Source: Macrostomum lignano (Eukaryota). From it: DNA of 35,386 nt. The position numbers were made by a program, and so were the translations under genes. Shown here in pieces: positions 33,549 to 35,386 of this stretch (within the stretch, counting starts at the first letter, position 1; every line of letters begins with the position of its first letter). The notes beneath the pieces are model-generated. The model saw only the letters and a list, made by a program, of their open reading frames with translations, was not told the DNA's origin and searched no databases. The stretch is from NCBI GenBank assembly GCA_002269645.1, contig NIVC01004770.1, positions 1-35,386 on the forward strand, written 5' to 3'.

Positions 33549-33553
33549 CAAAG

Positions 33554-34425
33554 CCACCGGGTGGAGCCAAGCCAGGGCTCTGAGCCACCAGGACAGGTTG
33601 GCGCGGGTCTCATCGGTCACCCAAAGCTTGCAGTCAACAGCAGTTGTCAGCCAGTCGAAGAGCGGACGCAGGAAAACTCTGACATTAGGGACAATCTGAC
33701 AGAACCAGCCAAGCTTGCCAATCAGCTTCTGAGCAGAGCGCATGTGCACCCGAGTCTCCGAGCAGGTTTGAGTCAGCAGCTTTGTCGTCTCGAGAGCTTT
33801 CTCCTCGGGCAGCGACTTGGTGCTGGTAGCGGTGCTGATGCGCACGCCAAGGAAGTCGATGCATTGCGTAGGCTGACAACCTTGTCTCAGTTGATGGTAA
33901 AGCCGAGGCGCTGCAAGATGTCCAGCAGGCTATTGAAAGCAGCGAAAGCCTCGGACTCGGATTTCCCAGCGACTGCCCAGTCATCCAAGTGGTTCATTGT
34001 AGCAGAAAAGCCAAGCCGGTGCATGTGCCGGGTAACGGTGGCTGAAAGACGGTGAAAAACTTCGCAAGCAGCTTTGCACCGAATGGAAGCCTGGTGTCGC
34101 AGAGCAGACTGTCCTGGCTGTCCGAGTCAAACCGCCAGGCGAGGCCGACGAGCCGGTAGTCAGCAGGCCTGATTGGCACGGACCTGTAAGCGCTTTTGAG
34201 ATCAATTTTGGCCATGTAGTGTCCCGGACGGAGATGACGAACCAGCTGCTGGACAGTGCAGTACTTGATGTGCTTCTGTTGGTCGTAGAAGTCGTTGACT
34301 GACTGGCCGGTCGGATAGGACAGATCATGGATCAGGCGGACCCGCCCATTGGACTTGGGAAGGGCGCCGATGGGGTTGACTTTGATCGGGCGCTCCACCG
34401 GATGTACCTCCAAGGCGGCTCCCAA
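33554..34425 (-). pseudogene. Reverse transcriptase of the Ngaro element, frameshifted
   Basis: VNPIGALPKSNGRVRLIHDLS, MAKIDLKSAYRSVPI, DTRLPFG, NHLDDW, DFLG, LIGKLGWFCQIVP..RVFLRPL. Confidence 0.9.
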
Positions 34426-34850
34426 AAGTCCTGATTGCAAGCTCTTCTGATAATGCGGATATTTGGCTGCCAGTGTCGATACACATTCTTGAGCGGAGAT
34501 TCCCAATCTTAAACTTCTTGTACCATGAATGACTGCTGTAAACTGCGATTCCTATAGAAAGAGTCTGGGTAGTTTATCGGTCTCACTGTTGGAATTTTCC
34601 AGTTCGTTACAGTTGCATTTTCGTAACTCCAGATCGGCACACCGTCGCAATTTGACCTTGCTTGCCGCACTTGTTGCACGTTGACTTACCAAAATTAGGT
34701 AGATCTTAAGTGTCTTGACTACTTGCCGCAGGAAAAGCAAACGCCTTTTGAAATTTCTGCATTATGACTCAACCTGGCTTATGTTATGTGCAAATTTGTG
34801 TAATTCTTCGTTGGACCGCCGTCGTTGAAATCGAAGAGGCCGGTTCTAAA
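34425..34850 (-). pseudogene. gag-pol: Degenerate Gypsy gag(NC)-protease relic (element D family); not apparent in the supplied ORF track
   Basis: Manual translation gives GVCFSCGK, STCNKCGKQGQIATVCRS and WYKKFKIGNLRSRMCIDTGSQISALSEELA (GAC of DTG at 34477-34475). These parallel D's HCHTCGK, KCGKVGHLAAVCRS and WFVTCKIGDASAKMLVDTGSQVTII. Confidence 0.8.
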
Positions 34851-34923
34851 TTGAATAAATTTATACACAACAAAACGATGAACAGCGAAAAAACGACACA
34901 CACTTATTCGTTTTGTTTTTTTT

Positions 34924-35386
34924 TCACTCAAACTAGCACCTTCAGCCTCCGTGCATTTCTGCCAACGCCACCTCCTCGATGCCAGCACTCATGGGATTGT
35001 TCGCAACAGTCGCGATTCCCGCCTTGTAGGCCCGGTTCAATTCCTCCGTGCCGAAACGCTGGCCCTGCCTGGACTCCTTAATGCCGGGGAAGAAGTAGAA
35101 GTCGCATGGGCTTAGGTTCAGGAAGCAATGCGAATGCGAAGAATTTTCCACCCCCATGACTCGATGCAGTCAGCACGCTCTACTTTTGATGAATAGCTGC
35201 GTTGTCTTAGAGCACAATAGGGCTTGTGAATGGCCCGGCGATTTTTTCAAGCACCGTCAGGTAAAATTCGCTGTTAACTCTATGTCCTGCTGGCACCGGC
35301 TTGTCAAACAGCAGGTCATGGTGGTCAAGGAACGTCTTGTGCATGACTTTTAGCTGCCTATTGCATCTGACGACCTTTTGGGTCGG
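34924..35386 (-). mobile_element. Mariner transposase 3' relic, running off the window end
   Basis: KVMHKTF.D..VPAGHRVNSEFYLTVL, L*DNAAIH, GWKIL, LSPCDFYFFPGIKES..GQRF, WQKCTEAEG match mariner DNAxxH / LAPSDF / W.KC...G.Y motifs. Stops and frameshifts present. Confidence 0.8.

Larger units (their letters stand above)
27459..34425 (-). mobile_element. Ngaro-type tyrosine-recombinase (DIRS order) retrotransposon, 5'-truncated, interrupted by element F
   Basis: RT, RNase H and overlapping YR with no methyltransferase domain. 66-bp split direct repeats at the 3' end (27459-27524, 27774-27839). Excising F restores AWLHPVAL-WPRVDEEFAMETDSS. Confidence 0.88.

Noticed and set aside
33994-34506. 170-aa ORF as a single RT N-terminus
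   Set aside because: Its first ~27 codons are an out-of-frame Gypsy protease relic; Ngaro RT homology starts near 34425.
34860-34924. 3' TIR of the terminal mariner relic
   Set aside because: I could not find the CGAGGGTCACTCA-type TIR or any other convincing TIR here.

Overview
This is eukaryotic DNA (probably an invertebrate animal), and from about 2.6 kb onward it is almost entirely a nest of transposable elements. It opens with a possible host exon resembling the last transmembrane helix of a TRP-type channel, followed by a (CAGA)n microsatellite. Next is a complete P-superfamily (THAP) DNA transposon at 2584-6022, with 94-bp TIRs, an 8-bp TSD and an intron-containing, frameshifted transposase. 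The rest is mostly Ty3/Gypsy LTR retrotransposons, mainly Mag-like with a single gag-pol frame and tandem CCHC knuckles. Elements B > C > D > E are nested four deep, each inner insertion bounded by an exact 5-bp TSD. A 5'-truncated Ngaro-type tyrosine-recombinase retrotransposon is itself interrupted by full-length Gypsy element F. There are also a CsRn1-like relic, two mariner remnants and several gag/pol relics. Three collinear relics (gag-protease ~34.4-34.85 kb, RT ~12.8-13.25 kb, integrase ~6.9-7.8 kb) may be one ancient element that hosts the whole nest. The most unusual items are a 942-bp two-LTR mini-element with an uninterrupted capsid-only gag ORF, an exon-like insert of unknown origin inside a gag gene, a 21-bp-periodic palindromic motif array, and a strong minus-strand bias reminiscent of uni-strand piRNA clusters. 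Element letters are my own labels. All calls come from manual reading and motif recognition; no database search was run. I see no solid evidence for a wholly new enzymatic system.
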